A stretch of 64,000 bases of DNA. Source: Myxococcota bacterium (GTDB lineage: Bacteria; Myxococcota_A; UBA9160; UBA6930). The stretch covers positions 928,001 to 992,000 of the forward strand of contig OZ245002.1 in the NCBI GenBank assembly GCA_965223415.1, given 5' to 3'. The number at the start of each line of letters is the position of its first letter. Position 1 is the first letter of the stretch. A model generated the notes under the pieces. The model was not told the DNA's origin. It saw nothing but the letters and a program-made list of their open reading frames with translations, and searched no databases. The position numbers and the translations under genes were made by a program. This document shows, one piece after another, positions 9,842-20,105 of the stretch.

Positions 9842-10995
9842 CCGTCGTCCTCCCCTCCGAGCTGCGCCAGCGCGTGCCGCAGATCGTCGATCAGGTCTTC
9901 CGGGTCCTCGATGCCGATGGAGAGCCGCAGCAGATCGTCCGGCACCAGGGTCCCGGCGCCCTCCACTGCCGCCCGGTGCTCGACCAGGCTCTCGACGCCT
10001 CCAAGGGAGCTCGCGTCGTGGAAGTGCTCGAGGGCCCCAGCGACCCGCCGCGCCCGCTCGGCGCTGCCGACGCGAACCGACACCACGGGGCCGAAGCCGC
10101 CGTCCATCTGGGCGGCGGCGGTGGCGTGGCCCGGGTGGGAGGACAGGCCGGGATGGTCGACACCGGTGACGGCCGGGTGGCCGTCCAGCGCCCGGGCGAC
10201 GGCGAGAGCGCTCTCGGCCGAGCGGCGCACGCGGAGATAGAGCGTGCGCATCCCGCGCAGAAGGAGCCAGGCCTCGAAGGGCCCGAGGATCGCGCCGCGC
10301 GTGCCGCGCTCCCGCTCGATCCGCTCCCAGAGCGGGTCCCGCCGCGCCGTGACCAGGGCGCCGGCGACCACGTCCGCGTGGCCGCCGAGCTGCTTCGTCG
10401 CCGAGTGCATCACCAGATCGCAGCCCAAGGAGAGCGGGCGGGTGAGCACCGGCGTCGCCAGGGTGCCATCGGCGGCGACCCGGGCGCCAGCCGCGTGGGC
10501 CCGCTCGGCGGCGGCGCGCAGGTCCGTGATCTCACCGCGGGGGTTCGCCGGGCTCTCGAGCCAGACGAGCTGGGTCTCGCCCGGCCGCAGCGCCTGCTCC
10601 AGGGCTTCGAGGTCGCCCGCCGGAAACCAGTCCACCGCGAGCCGCCCATCCGCCGCGCGCGCCTCGAGCCAGCGGCGCAGGGTGAAGTACATGGGCCGCG
10701 GTGCCACTACGTGCGCCCCCGGCGCCAGCACCTCGAACACGCTCGTCGCCGCCGCCATCCCCGAGGCGAAGAGCAGCGCCGCCTCGCCTCCGTCCAGCCG
10801 GGCCAGCAGCGCCTCGGCGGGATCGTAGGTGGGGTTCTGGTCGCGGGTGTAGCTGTGGCCGCCGAGATAGCGGCCGGTCTCGTCCCGGGCGTAGGGCGCA
10901 CTCGGCCAGATCGGCGGCACTACCGCGCCGGTGGTCGGATCGACTTGGCCGAGGGCGCGGGCCGCCAGGGTCTCGGGGCGGGGCGGCCGGTGCAT
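9838..10995 (-). CDS. Cystathionine gamma-synthase/lyase family PLP enzyme
   Basis: YTRDQNPT, FASGMAA, WLESPANP, HSATKQLGGH (PLP Lys), SLGGVESL and RLSIGIED motifs. Start MHRPP. Confidence 0.9.
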   Translation of the reverse strand: MHRPPRPETLAARALGQVDPTTGAVVPPIWPSAPYARDETGRYLGGHSYTRDQNPTYDPAEALLARLDGGEAALLFASGMAAATSVFEVLAPGAHVVAPRPMYFTLRRWLEARAADGRLAVDWFPAGDLEALEQALRPGETQLVWLESPANPRGEITDLRAAAERAHAAGARVAADGTLATPVLTRPLSLGCDLVMHSATKQLGGHADVVAGALVTARRDPLWERIERERGTRGAILGPFEAWLLLRGMRTLYLRVRRSAESALAVARALDGHPAVTGVDHPGLSSHPGHATAAAQMDGGFGPVVSVRVGSAERARRVAGALEHFHDASSLGGVESLVEHRAAVEGAGTLVPDDLLRLSIGIEDPEDLIDDLRHALAQLGGEDDG

Positions 10996-11049
10996 GCGGC
11001 GCAGTGTACCCGGTTGCCCGCACCGTTGGACCGGCGGACAATGGCGCTC

Positions 11050-11850
11050 ATGGAATACGAGCAGATCCTCTACGAGGTCCGGGACGAGGTCGCCTGGATC
11101 ACCCTCAACCGTCCGGACAAGCTCAACGCCTGGACGCCCCGGATGAGCGTGGAGGAGGCCCACGCCGTCGAGCGCGCCAGCGACGACCCCTCGGTCGGCT
11201 CGATCGTCTTCACCGGCGCCGGTCGCGGCTTCTGCGCCGGCGCCGACATGGCCGAGACCTTCCAGAAGCGCATCGACGGCACCGATCCGGGCGAGGGCAC
11301 CGCCGAGGGCTCCGGCGGGCTCCCGAAGGGCCTCGACTGGGTGGCCCTCGTGCGCCGCGCGAAGCCGATGGTGGCGGCGGTCAACGGCGCCGCCGTCGGC
11401 ATCGGCCTCACCCGCATCCTGCCCTTCGACGTGATCGTGGCCTCCGAGAAGGCGCGCTTCGGCATGATGTTCATCAAGGTCGGCCTGGTACCGGAGCTCG
11501 CGAGCACCCACTACCTCGCGCAGCGGATCGGCTTCGGACGGGCCAGCGAGATGTCCCTCTCGGGCCGGCTCGTCGATGCGGAGGAGGCCGGGCGCATCGG
11601 CCTCGCCGATTTCGTCGCCCCGCCGGATGCCCTGCTCGAGCGGGCCGGCGAGATCGCCCGCTCGATGGGGGACAACCCTCCGCCCCAGCTGCGCATGACG
11701 AAGCAGCTCCTCACGGAGAACGCGGCCGACACGGACCTCACGGCGATCCAGGCCCGCGAATCGGCGCTCCTCCGCGAGTGCTGGAAGACCCCGGAGCACA
11801 AGGAGGCCGTCGCGGCCTTCCAGGAGAAGCGCGCACCGCGCTTCCGCTAG
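11050..11850 (+). CDS. Enoyl-CoA hydratase/isomerase family protein
   Basis: ITLNRPDKLNA, GRGFCAGAD and KPMVAAVNGAAVG. Alternative start at 11041. Confidence 0.9.
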   Translation: MEYEQILYEVRDEVAWITLNRPDKLNAWTPRMSVEEAHAVERASDDPSVGSIVFTGAGRGFCAGADMAETFQKRIDGTDPGEGTAEGSGGLPKGLDWVALVRRAKPMVAAVNGAAVGIGLTRILPFDVIVASEKARFGMMFIKVGLVPELASTHYLAQRIGFGRASEMSLSGRLVDAEEAGRIGLADFVAPPDALLERAGEIARSMGDNPPPQLRMTKQLLTENAADTDLTAIQARESALLRECWKTPEHKEAVAAFQEKRAPRFR

Positions 11851-11858
11851 GAGGGGCC

Positions 11859-12632
11859 ATGGCGTTCCAGGAGATCCACTACGAAGAGCGCGGCCACGTC
11901 GGCCTGCTCACCCTCGACCGACCCGAGGCGCGCAACGCGCTGACGTTCCGCACCTACGCCGAGCTGGAGCGCGCGGTGCGCGAGACGCAGGCACGTTGTC
12001 TCGTCGTCACCGGGCGCGACCCGGCCTTCTGCTCGGGCGACGACGTAAAGAAGGTGATGGGCGGAGGCGAGAAGCCGCCGGAGGGATTCACCGGCGAACC
12101 CTCCCTCACCCCCGCCGCCGACGCCCTGCTCCACACGAACGTCCCGATCATCGCGGCGGTGAACGGCGCCGCGGTGGGCTGGGGCATGGAGCTCGCGATC
12201 ATGGCGGATCTCCGCATCGCTTCCGAGCGGGCGAAGTTCGGCGAGCTCTTCGTGCTGCGCGGCCTGTGCTGCGACGCGCCGGGGCTCGGAAGGCTCGCCA
12301 GCCTGGTGGGCCGCGAGAAGGCGGCCGAGCTGCTCTTCACCGGCGACGTGATCGACGCCGAGGAGGCGCTGCGGATCGGCCTCGTGGGCCGGGTCGTCCC
12401 CCACGAGAAGCTGCAGAGCGAAGCGCTTGCCCTCGCGGAGCGCATCGCCTCGAACCCGCCCCTGGCGGTGCAACGCCTGAAGGCGGGATTGCGGGAGGCG
12501 CTGGACCCGGACTGGAAGACGCTCGGGGGATGGGCGACGACGGCGATCCGGGAGCTGTTCCGGACGGACGATCACCGGGAGGGCGTTCGAGCCTTCCTGG
12601 AGAAGCGGCCGGCGGAGTATCGGGGGCGGTAG
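11859..12632 (+). CDS. Enoyl-CoA hydratase/isomerase family protein
   Basis: LDRPEARNAL, AFCSGDD, PIIAAVNGAAVGWG.EL and DHREGV.AF.EKR. GGAGG RBS. Confidence 0.9.
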   Translation: MAFQEIHYEERGHVGLLTLDRPEARNALTFRTYAELERAVRETQARCLVVTGRDPAFCSGDDVKKVMGGGEKPPEGFTGEPSLTPAADALLHTNVPIIAAVNGAAVGWGMELAIMADLRIASERAKFGELFVLRGLCCDAPGLGRLASLVGREKAAELLFTGDVIDAEEALRIGLVGRVVPHEKLQSEALALAERIASNPPLAVQRLKAGLREALDPDWKTLGGWATTAIRELFRTDDHREGVRAFLEKRPAEYRGR

Positions 12633-12663
12633 CACCGGTGAAGGCCGCGGTGGAGCGCGGAAC

Positions 12664-13863
12664 GTGAGCACGGAGCGCGCGGCCCCGATCGCGCTGCTCG
12701 CGATCGGCACGCTCCTGGGCCTGGCGGTCGGCGAGGCCGGCGCCCGCCTGGCACGGGGCGACCGCCCGAGCCCCACCGCCGTGCAGCGCTTCGTCGAGAG
12801 CGAGCGCGGCAAGTTCGCCCGCTACGACCCGGAGCTCGGCTGGGCCGGCCGTCCGGACGTGCGCGATCACTTCGAGTGGATCGACGCGCGCCACGAAGTC
12901 GTCCAGAACCGCTTCGGCTTCCGGGGGCGGGCGTGGCCCCACGCGCGGAGCGATGCGCGGCGGGTGGTGTTCCTGGGCGATTCGTTCACCTGGGGGTTCG
13001 GCGTCGGGGAGGCGGAGCTGTTCACACAGCTGCTGGAGGATCGCGCCGGGGGCGCCCTCGAAGTGGTGAACCTTGGCGTCTCCGGCTACGGCAACGACCA
13101 GGAGCTGCTCCTCTGGCAGCGGGAGGGCCGACGCTGGTCGCCGGACACGACCGTCGTGATGGTGACGCTGAACAGCGACTTCTGGGACAACGCCGAGGCC
13201 GAACGCTACGGCTACGCCAAGCCCCGCTTCGAAGCCACGGCGGGAGGACGGCTCGAGCTGACCGGCGTCCCGGTGCCCCGGCGCGCCGGGGACTGGAGCG
13301 ATCCGACCGTCGACGTCGAGGAGGGCTTCCCCAGCCCAGTCCGCTGGCTGCTGCGCAGCTCCGCGCTGGTCGGACTGACGCTCCAGGCGGCGAGCCGGAA
13401 CGACGCCGCGCGCCGCTTCCTCGAAGCCCAGGGCCTCGTCCTCTCCCGACGCGGCGGCTACGACGGCGAGCACGAGCTCTACCTCACGACCCCGGGTCCG
13501 GAGACCGAGCGCCGCTGGCGCCTGCTGTTCGCGATCCTGGACCGCCTCGCGGCGGACGTGAAGCGGTCCGGTGCGCAGGTGCGGATCGTCCTGGTCCCCT
13601 CGGTCGTGCTCGTCTACCCGGATCTCTGGGACGCGTTCCGGAGCGAGCTTCCGCCGCCGGTCGCGGCCGGCCTCGACCCCGCCGTCCCCGGGCGACGGTT
13701 CGCGGCCTGGGCCGAGCGCACCGCGATCCCGTTCACGGATCTCCTGCCGGCCCTACGGGCTGCGGGGGCCAACGACCCCTACCTCTACTTCCCGGAGAAC
13801 CGGCACTGGACGCCCGCAGGCCACCGGGCGGTGGCGCAAGTGCTCCAGGAGCTCCCGATGTAG
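12664..13863 (+). CDS. SGNH/GDSL hydrolase family protein, membrane anchored
   Basis: N-terminal hydrophobic helix, FLGDSFTWG (block I), NLGVSGYG (block II) and HWTPAGH (block V). Confidence 0.82.
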   Translation: MSTERAAPIALLAIGTLLGLAVGEAGARLARGDRPSPTAVQRFVESERGKFARYDPELGWAGRPDVRDHFEWIDARHEVVQNRFGFRGRAWPHARSDARRVVFLGDSFTWGFGVGEAELFTQLLEDRAGGALEVVNLGVSGYGNDQELLLWQREGRRWSPDTTVVMVTLNSDFWDNAEAERYGYAKPRFEATAGGRLELTGVPVPRRAGDWSDPTVDVEEGFPSPVRWLLRSSALVGLTLQAASRNDAARRFLEAQGLVLSRRGGYDGEHELYLTTPGPETERRWRLLFAILDRLAADVKRSGAQVRIVLVPSVVLVYPDLWDAFRSELPPPVAAGLDPAVPGRRFAAWAERTAIPFTDLLPALRAAGANDPYLYFPENRHWTPAGHRAVAQVLQELPM

Positions 13864-13883
13864 GCGCCGCGGTCGGCGCGAAC

Positions 13884-16745
13884 CTACGGCGCGATGATCG
13901 GCAGCTCGTTGCTCAGCAACCCCTGCGGGTTCTGGAGCTGGAGCAGGTGCACGCCGCTGGCCGTCGGCGGTGAGGTGAGGGTGATCTGCACCCGATCCGA
14001 GTCGCAGGTGGGCGAGAAGCTGCCGCCGATGCAGGTGACGGTACCGTCGGCCTTCTGGCCGTCGACGAAGATCGCGGCGCCGGACAGGACGTGGAGCCCG
14101 TCCACGTCCATCGGGCCCGGCAGGACCGGAAGGTCGGGCCGTCCCCCGTCGATGATTCCGAGGACCGGGTCCACGGCCGGCACCGCGAGTGCCGGCTGGG
14201 CGATGCCCGGCGACACGGCGGCCGGCAGCCGGGCCGTCAAGGTGACCAGCGTGGTCCCGTTCGCCGCCTCCGCGACGAGCGCGGCCCGCGAGAGCGTCGC
14301 CCCGCCCACCCGGTACTCGCCGGCGGTCCAGTTCGCGGTTGCGTCGCTGCCGTTGCGCTCGCCTTCGCCCAGAAGGGCGATGGCGCCGTCCGTGTCGGCC
14401 TGCTCGAGCACGTCGAGGGTGGCGTTGATCTCGGCCAGGAGGGTCGGATCGTTCACGGTGCGCGTATTCAGGGTGAGCTGGCGGCCGACGGCGCCGGAGT
14501 GGCCGGTCGAGGCCTCCTCGGTCATCTGGAAGACGTCGAAGGTGTCCGCCTTGTAGGTGCCGCGGAAGGCGCCCTCCTGCGCGGGCGTACCGAACGCCTG
14601 GGCCCAGGATGCCAGCTCGTCGAAGCCGAGCTCCGGCGTCCAGTCGACGTCGGTCTGGTCCGGGTTGAAGAAGGGGCTGCTCGGGTTGCTGGCCTGGAGC
14701 TGCTCTTCCACGAGGGTGACCCCCGCCGAGAACAGCAGGAAGCGGTCCGGGATGCCGCGCATGGTCGGCGCGTCCATGCCGCCCACGAAGAAGGCGCCGG
14801 TGCCCGCGCCGAAGGGGAGCGCATGGCACCCGCCGGGAGCGTCGGCGCAGGTCTCGGGCCCCTGGGTGATGCTTCCGGGCTGGTCGAGGAAGAACTGGTC
14901 GAAGCCGGCCAGGGCCGAGGCGGTGACGGCGTCGTCCAGCGGCCTCGAGCGCGCCGGCGGGTAGCTCACGCTCTTCAGGAAGTCGGCCATGTCGTCGCGT
15001 TCCTGGTTCGTGAGCTCCCCGCCGCCGGGGCAGCCGACGGACTGGTCGCACATCACCCCGGCGAGCGCGGCGTCCACCAGGTGGCGGAAGCAGGAGTGCT
15101 CGTCGCTGCAGTTCGAAGGCGCGACGCCATTCGATCCGACCTCGCCGTTCCGGCCGCCGAAGGGATCGCCGAGCACGCCGTCCCAGTGGAGCGGCACGGT
15201 ATCGCGCAGGCCGCGCACGGGCATGGTGGAGCGCGGCTCCTCCTGGTCGCAACCGGCGAAGGTGCACTCGGCGCCGATGATCCACAGCAGCTGGTCCGTG
15301 TGACCGTCCGGGTGGCAGCTCGCGCAGGCGAAGGTGCCCGTGGACGAGCCCTCTGCGGTGTTGAAGGCGATGCGGCCGCGGCGAATGCTGTCCGGCGTCG
15401 GGTCCGCGACCAGGTCCATGCGCACGACCTCGACCGGAGCCGCAGGGTTCGAGACGTCGATCACCGAGACGGTGCTCTCCAGGGTGTTCAGCACGTAGGC
15501 CGTCTCGGGAGCCCCGGCTCCGTCCGAAGCCAGCGCGACGCCGCGCGGAATCGCGCCGACGTCGAGGCGCGCGAGCACCGTGTTGGTGCCCGTGTCGAAG
15601 GTGAAGAAACGGCTGGAGGCGGCCGCCGTGGCGACGAGCACGTTGCCGTTGCCGCTCACCTGCACGCCGTAGGGCGTCCCGAGCTGGTTGCCGGCGGTCG
15701 GCTGCGCGGGCGGCAGGGGCTCGAGCTCGACGGCGCTCGGGGCTCCGCAGGAGGCGCCGCTGCAATCGATGCGCGCGATCTGGTTCAGGAAGGCGCGGTT
15801 CTCGAGATCGACCAGGCCCTCGCCCGCCGTGCCGGCGGCGCCGTTCTCGGTGTTGCGGGCGTCGGTCTGGGTGACGAAGACGTTGCCGCTGCCGTCGACG
15901 GCCAGGCCGTAGAGCAGCGTGCCCACGCCGGAGACGACGTCCGGGGGCTGGCTCAGGTCGGAGGTGTCGAAGACGAACACGTCGCGATCCGGCACGTCCG
16001 GGTCCTTCACCACGTCCGGATCGAAGCCTACGAACTGAGGGTTGGCCGCGAAGTTCACGTCCTGGAGGTCGAAAGTGCACTGGCTGGTGCCGAGGGCGAA
16101 GGGCGGACTCGGGCAGGAGGAGAGCTCGGAGGTGTTCCCGGACTCGAGCACCGCCACGTACAGCTTGCCGCCGGCGACGCGGATCGCCCGGGGCTCCTGG
16201 GCGTTCAGCTGGAGCAGGTTCGTCACGGCGTAGCTGGCGGTGTCGACGACGGCGATCTGGTTGCGGGAGGAGAGCGCCACGTAGGCCTCGCTGCCGTCCC
16301 CTTTGAAGGCCACGCCCGTGGGCTCGTCGAAGGTGGAGACCAGGGTGGTCGGGGCCACCGACTGGATCGTCTCCACGACCTCGAGGAAGGTCGCGCTGTT
16401 CGGGTCCGCGTCGATCACCGAGACGCTGTCCGACACGTGGTTCGTCACCCAGACCTCGAGCCCGTCCGGCCGCACCGCCACGCCGGAGGGCGCTAGGCCG
16501 ACCTGGACCGTTCCGAAGCGGGTGTTCGTCGTCGTGCGGAAGACGTCGAGCCGACTGGCCGGCGTGTTCACGACGAACAGGTGCGGCTGGGTCGGCGAGA
16601 GGGCGATCGGCCTGGCCTGGGGTGCGGCAAAGAGCTGGCTCCCGCTGGACTTCACCGTACCCCCGCAGGTCATGGCGCCGAGGACCGGGATCAGGCTTGC
16701 GAGGGCGAGGCTGGCCAGCCAGTGCGGTCGGGCGAACGAGGGCAT
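13884..16745 (-). CDS. Large exported YncE/YVTN beta-propeller plus cytochrome c (peroxidase-like) protein
   Basis: Signal peptide MPSFARPHWLASLALASLIPVLGAMTC, YVTN-like repeats (VWVTNHVSDSVSVID), CASCH heme motif, PLHWDG and a second CX6CH motif. AGGAGA RBS. Confidence 0.8.
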   Translation of the reverse strand: MPSFARPHWLASLALASLIPVLGAMTCGGTVKSSGSQLFAAPQARPIALSPTQPHLFVVNTPASRLDVFRTTTNTRFGTVQVGLAPSGVAVRPDGLEVWVTNHVSDSVSVIDADPNSATFLEVVETIQSVAPTTLVSTFDEPTGVAFKGDGSEAYVALSSRNQIAVVDTASYAVTNLLQLNAQEPRAIRVAGGKLYVAVLESGNTSELSSCPSPPFALGTSQCTFDLQDVNFAANPQFVGFDPDVVKDPDVPDRDVFVFDTSDLSQPPDVVSGVGTLLYGLAVDGSGNVFVTQTDARNTENGAAGTAGEGLVDLENRAFLNQIARIDCSGASCGAPSAVELEPLPPAQPTAGNQLGTPYGVQVSGNGNVLVATAAASSRFFTFDTGTNTVLARLDVGAIPRGVALASDGAGAPETAYVLNTLESTVSVIDVSNPAAPVEVVRMDLVADPTPDSIRRGRIAFNTAEGSSTGTFACASCHPDGHTDQLLWIIGAECTFAGCDQEEPRSTMPVRGLRDTVPLHWDGVLGDPFGGRNGEVGSNGVAPSNCSDEHSCFRHLVDAALAGVMCDQSVGCPGGGELTNQERDDMADFLKSVSYPPARSRPLDDAVTASALAGFDQFFLDQPGSITQGPETCADAPGGCHALPFGAGTGAFFVGGMDAPTMRGIPDRFLLFSAGVTLVEEQLQASNPSSPFFNPDQTDVDWTPELGFDELASWAQAFGTPAQEGAFRGTYKADTFDVFQMTEEASTGHSGAVGRQLTLNTRTVNDPTLLAEINATLDVLEQADTDGAIALLGEGERNGSDATANWTAGEYRVGGATLSRAALVAEAANGTTLVTLTARLPAAVSPGIAQPALAVPAVDPVLGIIDGGRPDLPVLPGPMDVDGLHVLSGAAIFVDGQKADGTVTCIGGSFSPTCDSDRVQITLTSPPTASGVHLLQLQNPQGLLSNELPIIAP

Positions 16746-16858
16746 GGGCGCGTCTCCTGCGAAGGCACTGGGCCGGATTCTACCCGAACGGGGTGGAGGT
16801 CTGGCCGCGGAGATCCGCGCAGGCGCTGCCCCCCCACGGGGCACGAGGGTCGATCGGG

Positions 16859-17815
16859 CTAGGGCGAGGGAGCCGGCGAGGGCGCACCCGAGGCGTGGCG
16901 CTGGATCCAATCGTAGGCCAGGGCCTCGGCGTCCTCTCGATCGCGAACCGGGAGCTGACGTCGCAGCTTCTGGAGCGACCGCAGTGCCCCGGGGTACCCG
17001 CCGCGGGCCGCGATGAAGGTCCACTTGTAGGCCTCCATCAGGTCGTGCTGGAGGCCCCCTCCGGCGGCGTAGAGGGAGCCGAGGGCGTATTGGGCGTCGG
17101 CCAGGCCCTGCTCGGCGGCCCGGCGGTACCAGCGCTCGGCTTCGAAGGGATCGCGCCCGACACCGGAGCCCTGCTCGTAGCTGAAGCCCAGGTTGTACTG
17201 ATCCATGGCGCTGCCCTGGGCCGCCGCGGCCCGGTACCAGCGCACGGCTTCGGCAGGATCGGTCTTCACGCCGTCGCCGAGGGCGTACTTCGTGGCCAGG
17301 GCCGACTGGGCCGCGAGATCGCCCTGCTCGGCGGCGGCCGCGTACCAATGCACGGCGCCGGCGGCGTCCCGCGGCACGCCGCGGCCCAGGTCGAGCATCG
17401 ATGCCAGCTGGGCCTGGGCCTTCACGTGGCCCTGTCCTGCAGAGCGCTCGTACCAGCGCGCCGCCTCGGCGGGCTGCTTCTCGGCGCCGACGCCGAAGTC
17501 GAGCAACAGGGCCAGCCGGTACTGGGCCTCCGCGTTTCCCGCCTCCGCGGCCTGGCGGAACCAGTGGGCGGCCTGGGCGTGGTCGACGTCGGTTCCCTTG
17601 CCGGTGAAGTAGATCTCGGCCACCGCGAGCTGGGCCTCCGCGTCGCCGGCCTCCGCCTTGACCAGCTGGGCGCGGAGCTCATCCTGGTACTGGCGGGTCG
17701 TCTGCTCGCGGCGGGCGAGCTCCGCCTGGACGCGGCTCGCGAGGGGATCGCTCGGGGCGCAGCCGAGAAGGCCGGCGAGCAGGGCGGCGAGAGCGCTGAT
17801 GCGATGGATCGGCAC
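16859..17815 (-). CDS. Sel1-like repeat lipoprotein
   Basis: Lipobox LLGC and about six repeats of A..WY..AA.QG...AQ..LG..Y..G.GV. Confidence 0.88.
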   Translation of the reverse strand: MPIHRISALAALLAGLLGCAPSDPLASRVQAELARREQTTRQYQDELRAQLVKAEAGDAEAQLAVAEIYFTGKGTDVDHAQAAHWFRQAAEAGNAEAQYRLALLLDFGVGAEKQPAEAARWYERSAGQGHVKAQAQLASMLDLGRGVPRDAAGAVHWYAAAAEQGDLAAQSALATKYALGDGVKTDPAEAVRWYRAAAAQGSAMDQYNLGFSYEQGSGVGRDPFEAERWYRRAAEQGLADAQYALGSLYAAGGGLQHDLMEAYKWTFIAARGGYPGALRSLQKLRRQLPVRDREDAEALAYDWIQRHASGAPSPAPSP

Positions 17816-17853
17816 GCGAGACGAGCATAACGGACGCCCCGGCCGGCCCCCGC

Positions 17854-19551
17854 CTACCAGCTCCCGCCGCCGCCGCCGCCGAAGCCCCCGCCTCCGAAGC
17901 CGCCTCCACCGAAGCCGCTCGAGCCCGAGCCGCCCTGGCTCGGCCGGGAGCGCAGGGTCTGGCCCATGGTGTCGAGGGAGTGGCCGAGGTCGCTGACGAA
18001 CACCCGCGGCCGGAACGATCCCGGGTGGGCGCCGCTGTACCAGTCCGGCGGTTCCGTGTAGACGTCCGCGAAGGCCCCGGCCCAGTGGTCCGCGACACCG
18101 AGGACGATGGCGTAGGGCAGGAGGGTCTCGAACTGGCCGGCGTCGAGCCGGCCCATGCGCTCGAGGCGATCCCGGTCGACCCGGCCGACGAACTCCTGGA
18201 AGCCCCGGATCTCCTCGTAGACCTTGCGGCCGCGGCGGGTGCGCCTCGGCATGAACCGCGAGAAGGCCAGCACCACCGCCCCGGAGAGCCCGAGCGGGAT
18301 CGCGGCACCGGGCACCACGTCCAGGAAGAAGGCGAAGGCCCCGGCGGCGAGCCCGGCGATGCCCGCCGCCGCCCAGGAGCGGCGCACCTTCTCCGGCGAG
18401 GTGGGGAAGAGCCGATCCCCGCGGCTCACCTGCTCGTACAGCGCGCTCCGCACGTCGGGGAGGTGCTCGTAGAACTGGTTCTTGAGCGACGAGACCAGCA
18501 CGCTGTCTCGGCCCGAGAAGAGCCGGTGCACGAGGATGGACTCGTGGCGACGCAGGTCCGCGGGCTCGCGGAGCTTGACCAGCCGGTAGTCCTTCTTGTC
18601 GAGGAACAGGAAGCCGTCGCTCTCCAGCTCCTCGATACGGAGGAAGCCGCGCACCGCCAGGTCGAGGATGGTGGAGGTGATGTCGACCAGGTCGACCTGC
18701 TCGTCGACCACGGTGCCCACCTCGGCGGGGGTGAGACCTTCGGGCGGCTCGTAGCGCACCGGGATCGCGGCGCTGGCGCCCGGGTCGCGCCCCCGGCTCC
18801 GCCACACCTGCCACATCCCGCCGAGGGCGAGGAGCGGTAGGATGGACCAGGCGTTCAGGTAGTCGCCCATGCGGGAGAGGAAGCGCTCGATGCGCGAGGG
18901 CTCCTCGAGCACGCCCTTCGACAGACTGACCGCCACGGTGAGCCCCTCCCGTGGCTGGAGCGTGCGCGCACTCCGGAACCACAGCGCGCCGGGCGTCGAC
19001 GCCGTGGTGCAATCCTGCTGCACGGTCCCGAAGGGGCCGACGTAGCAGACGTGGCTCACGCCGTCGGGCGCCGTGCCTTCGGGCAGATAGACGATGGCCG
19101 TCGCCGACTCCATCGCCACCTCCCAGCCATGGCCGGTCGCCTCCCAATACAGCTCGTCGTGGCCTTCGAAGTAGAGGTAGCCCCGCTCGACCCGGTAGCG
19201 GATCCGGTACTCCTGGGTGCCGGTTACCTTGCGATCCGGATCCCCGATGCGGATGCGCTGCATGCGGCCGGAGCGTTTGAGCTGGTAGGGGCGCGGGTTG
19301 CCGGCGCCGTCGGTGACCGACTCCACTTCGAGACGGATCCGGTAGTCGGCGGCACGGCCCCGCCCGTAGGCGACAGGAATGTCGCGGTAGATCCCGTGGC
19401 GTTGCTGGAGCCCGAACTCGTAGGTGATGTTCTCGACGACGGAGAAGTCGTCGTCGATCCCGAGATAGATCTCGGTCTCGAAGCGGGCGATGTGCTCGGC
19501 TTGGGCTGCTGCCGGCGCGAACGCCAGCAGCAGGAGCAGGAGGCGGACCAT
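17854..19551 (-). CDS. DUF2207 family membrane protein
   Basis: Signal peptide, HGIYRDIP, DELYW..TG..W, LPYAIVLG...W and the Gly-rich terminus GGGFGGGGGGSW. Follows lemA. Confidence 0.88.
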   Translation of the reverse strand: MVRLLLLLLAFAPAAAQAEHIARFETEIYLGIDDDFSVVENITYEFGLQQRHGIYRDIPVAYGRGRAADYRIRLEVESVTDGAGNPRPYQLKRSGRMQRIRIGDPDRKVTGTQEYRIRYRVERGYLYFEGHDELYWEATGHGWEVAMESATAIVYLPEGTAPDGVSHVCYVGPFGTVQQDCTTASTPGALWFRSARTLQPREGLTVAVSLSKGVLEEPSRIERFLSRMGDYLNAWSILPLLALGGMWQVWRSRGRDPGASAAIPVRYEPPEGLTPAEVGTVVDEQVDLVDITSTILDLAVRGFLRIEELESDGFLFLDKKDYRLVKLREPADLRRHESILVHRLFSGRDSVLVSSLKNQFYEHLPDVRSALYEQVSRGDRLFPTSPEKVRRSWAAAGIAGLAAGAFAFFLDVVPGAAIPLGLSGAVVLAFSRFMPRRTRRGRKVYEEIRGFQEFVGRVDRDRLERMGRLDAGQFETLLPYAIVLGVADHWAGAFADVYTEPPDWYSGAHPGSFRPRVFVSDLGHSLDTMGQTLRSRPSQGGSGSSGFGGGGFGGGGFGGGGGGSW

Positions 19552-19553
19552 CC

Positions 19554-20105
19554 CTACGAGAAGCTCACCTGCGGCGCGCTGCGCTCTGCAACCTCGTCGA
19601 GCTCGAAGTACTCCTTCTTCGTGATCGAGAAGAGGTTCGCGACGACGTTGCTCGGGAAGACGTCGGTGCCCGTGTTGAGATCGCGCACCACCGCGTTGTA
19701 GTAGCGGCGCGCGTTCTGGATCGCCTCCTCGATGGAAGAGAGCTCGCTCTGGAGGGAGAGGAAGTTCTCGTTCGCCTTGAGGTCCGGATAGGCCTCGGCC
19801 ACGGCGAACAGGCTCTTCAGCACCTGGGTCAGGTTGCCCTCGGCCGCGCCCTTCTCCCCGGGCGTGGTCGCCTGCATGGCTTGGCTGCGGGCCTGGGTGA
19901 CCTTCTCGAAGGTGCCGGCCTCGTGCTGGGCGTAGCCCTTCACCGTCTCGACGAGGTTCGGGATGAGCTCGTAGCGCCGTTTGAGTTGCACATCGATGTC
20001 GCTCCAGGCGCTCTCGCTCGAGTTGCGCAGCGCGACGAGCTTGTTGTAGGCGGATACCGCGTAGAGCGCGGCCGCGACGACGACGGCCAGCAGGATCCAG
20101 CTCAT
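19554..20105 (-). CDS. lemA: LemA family protein
   Basis: YNKLV..RN, WSDIDVQLKRRYELIPNLVETVKGY, AVAEAYPDLKA and ARRYYN..V. Confidence 0.95.
   Translation of the reverse strand: MSWILLAVVVAAALYAVSAYNKLVALRNSSESAWSDIDVQLKRRYELIPNLVETVKGYAQHEAGTFEKVTQARSQAMQATTPGEKGAAEGNLTQVLKSLFAVAEAYPDLKANENFLSLQSELSSIEEAIQNARRYYNAVVRDLNTGTDVFPSNVVANLFSITKKEYFELDEVAERSAPQVSFS

Noticed and set aside
19554..20105. LemA as MamQ, implying a magnetosome island together with the MamK-like gene
   Set aside because: It is a canonical LemA in the common lemA-DUF2207 pairing, about 38 kb from the actin, and no other mam genes were recognised.
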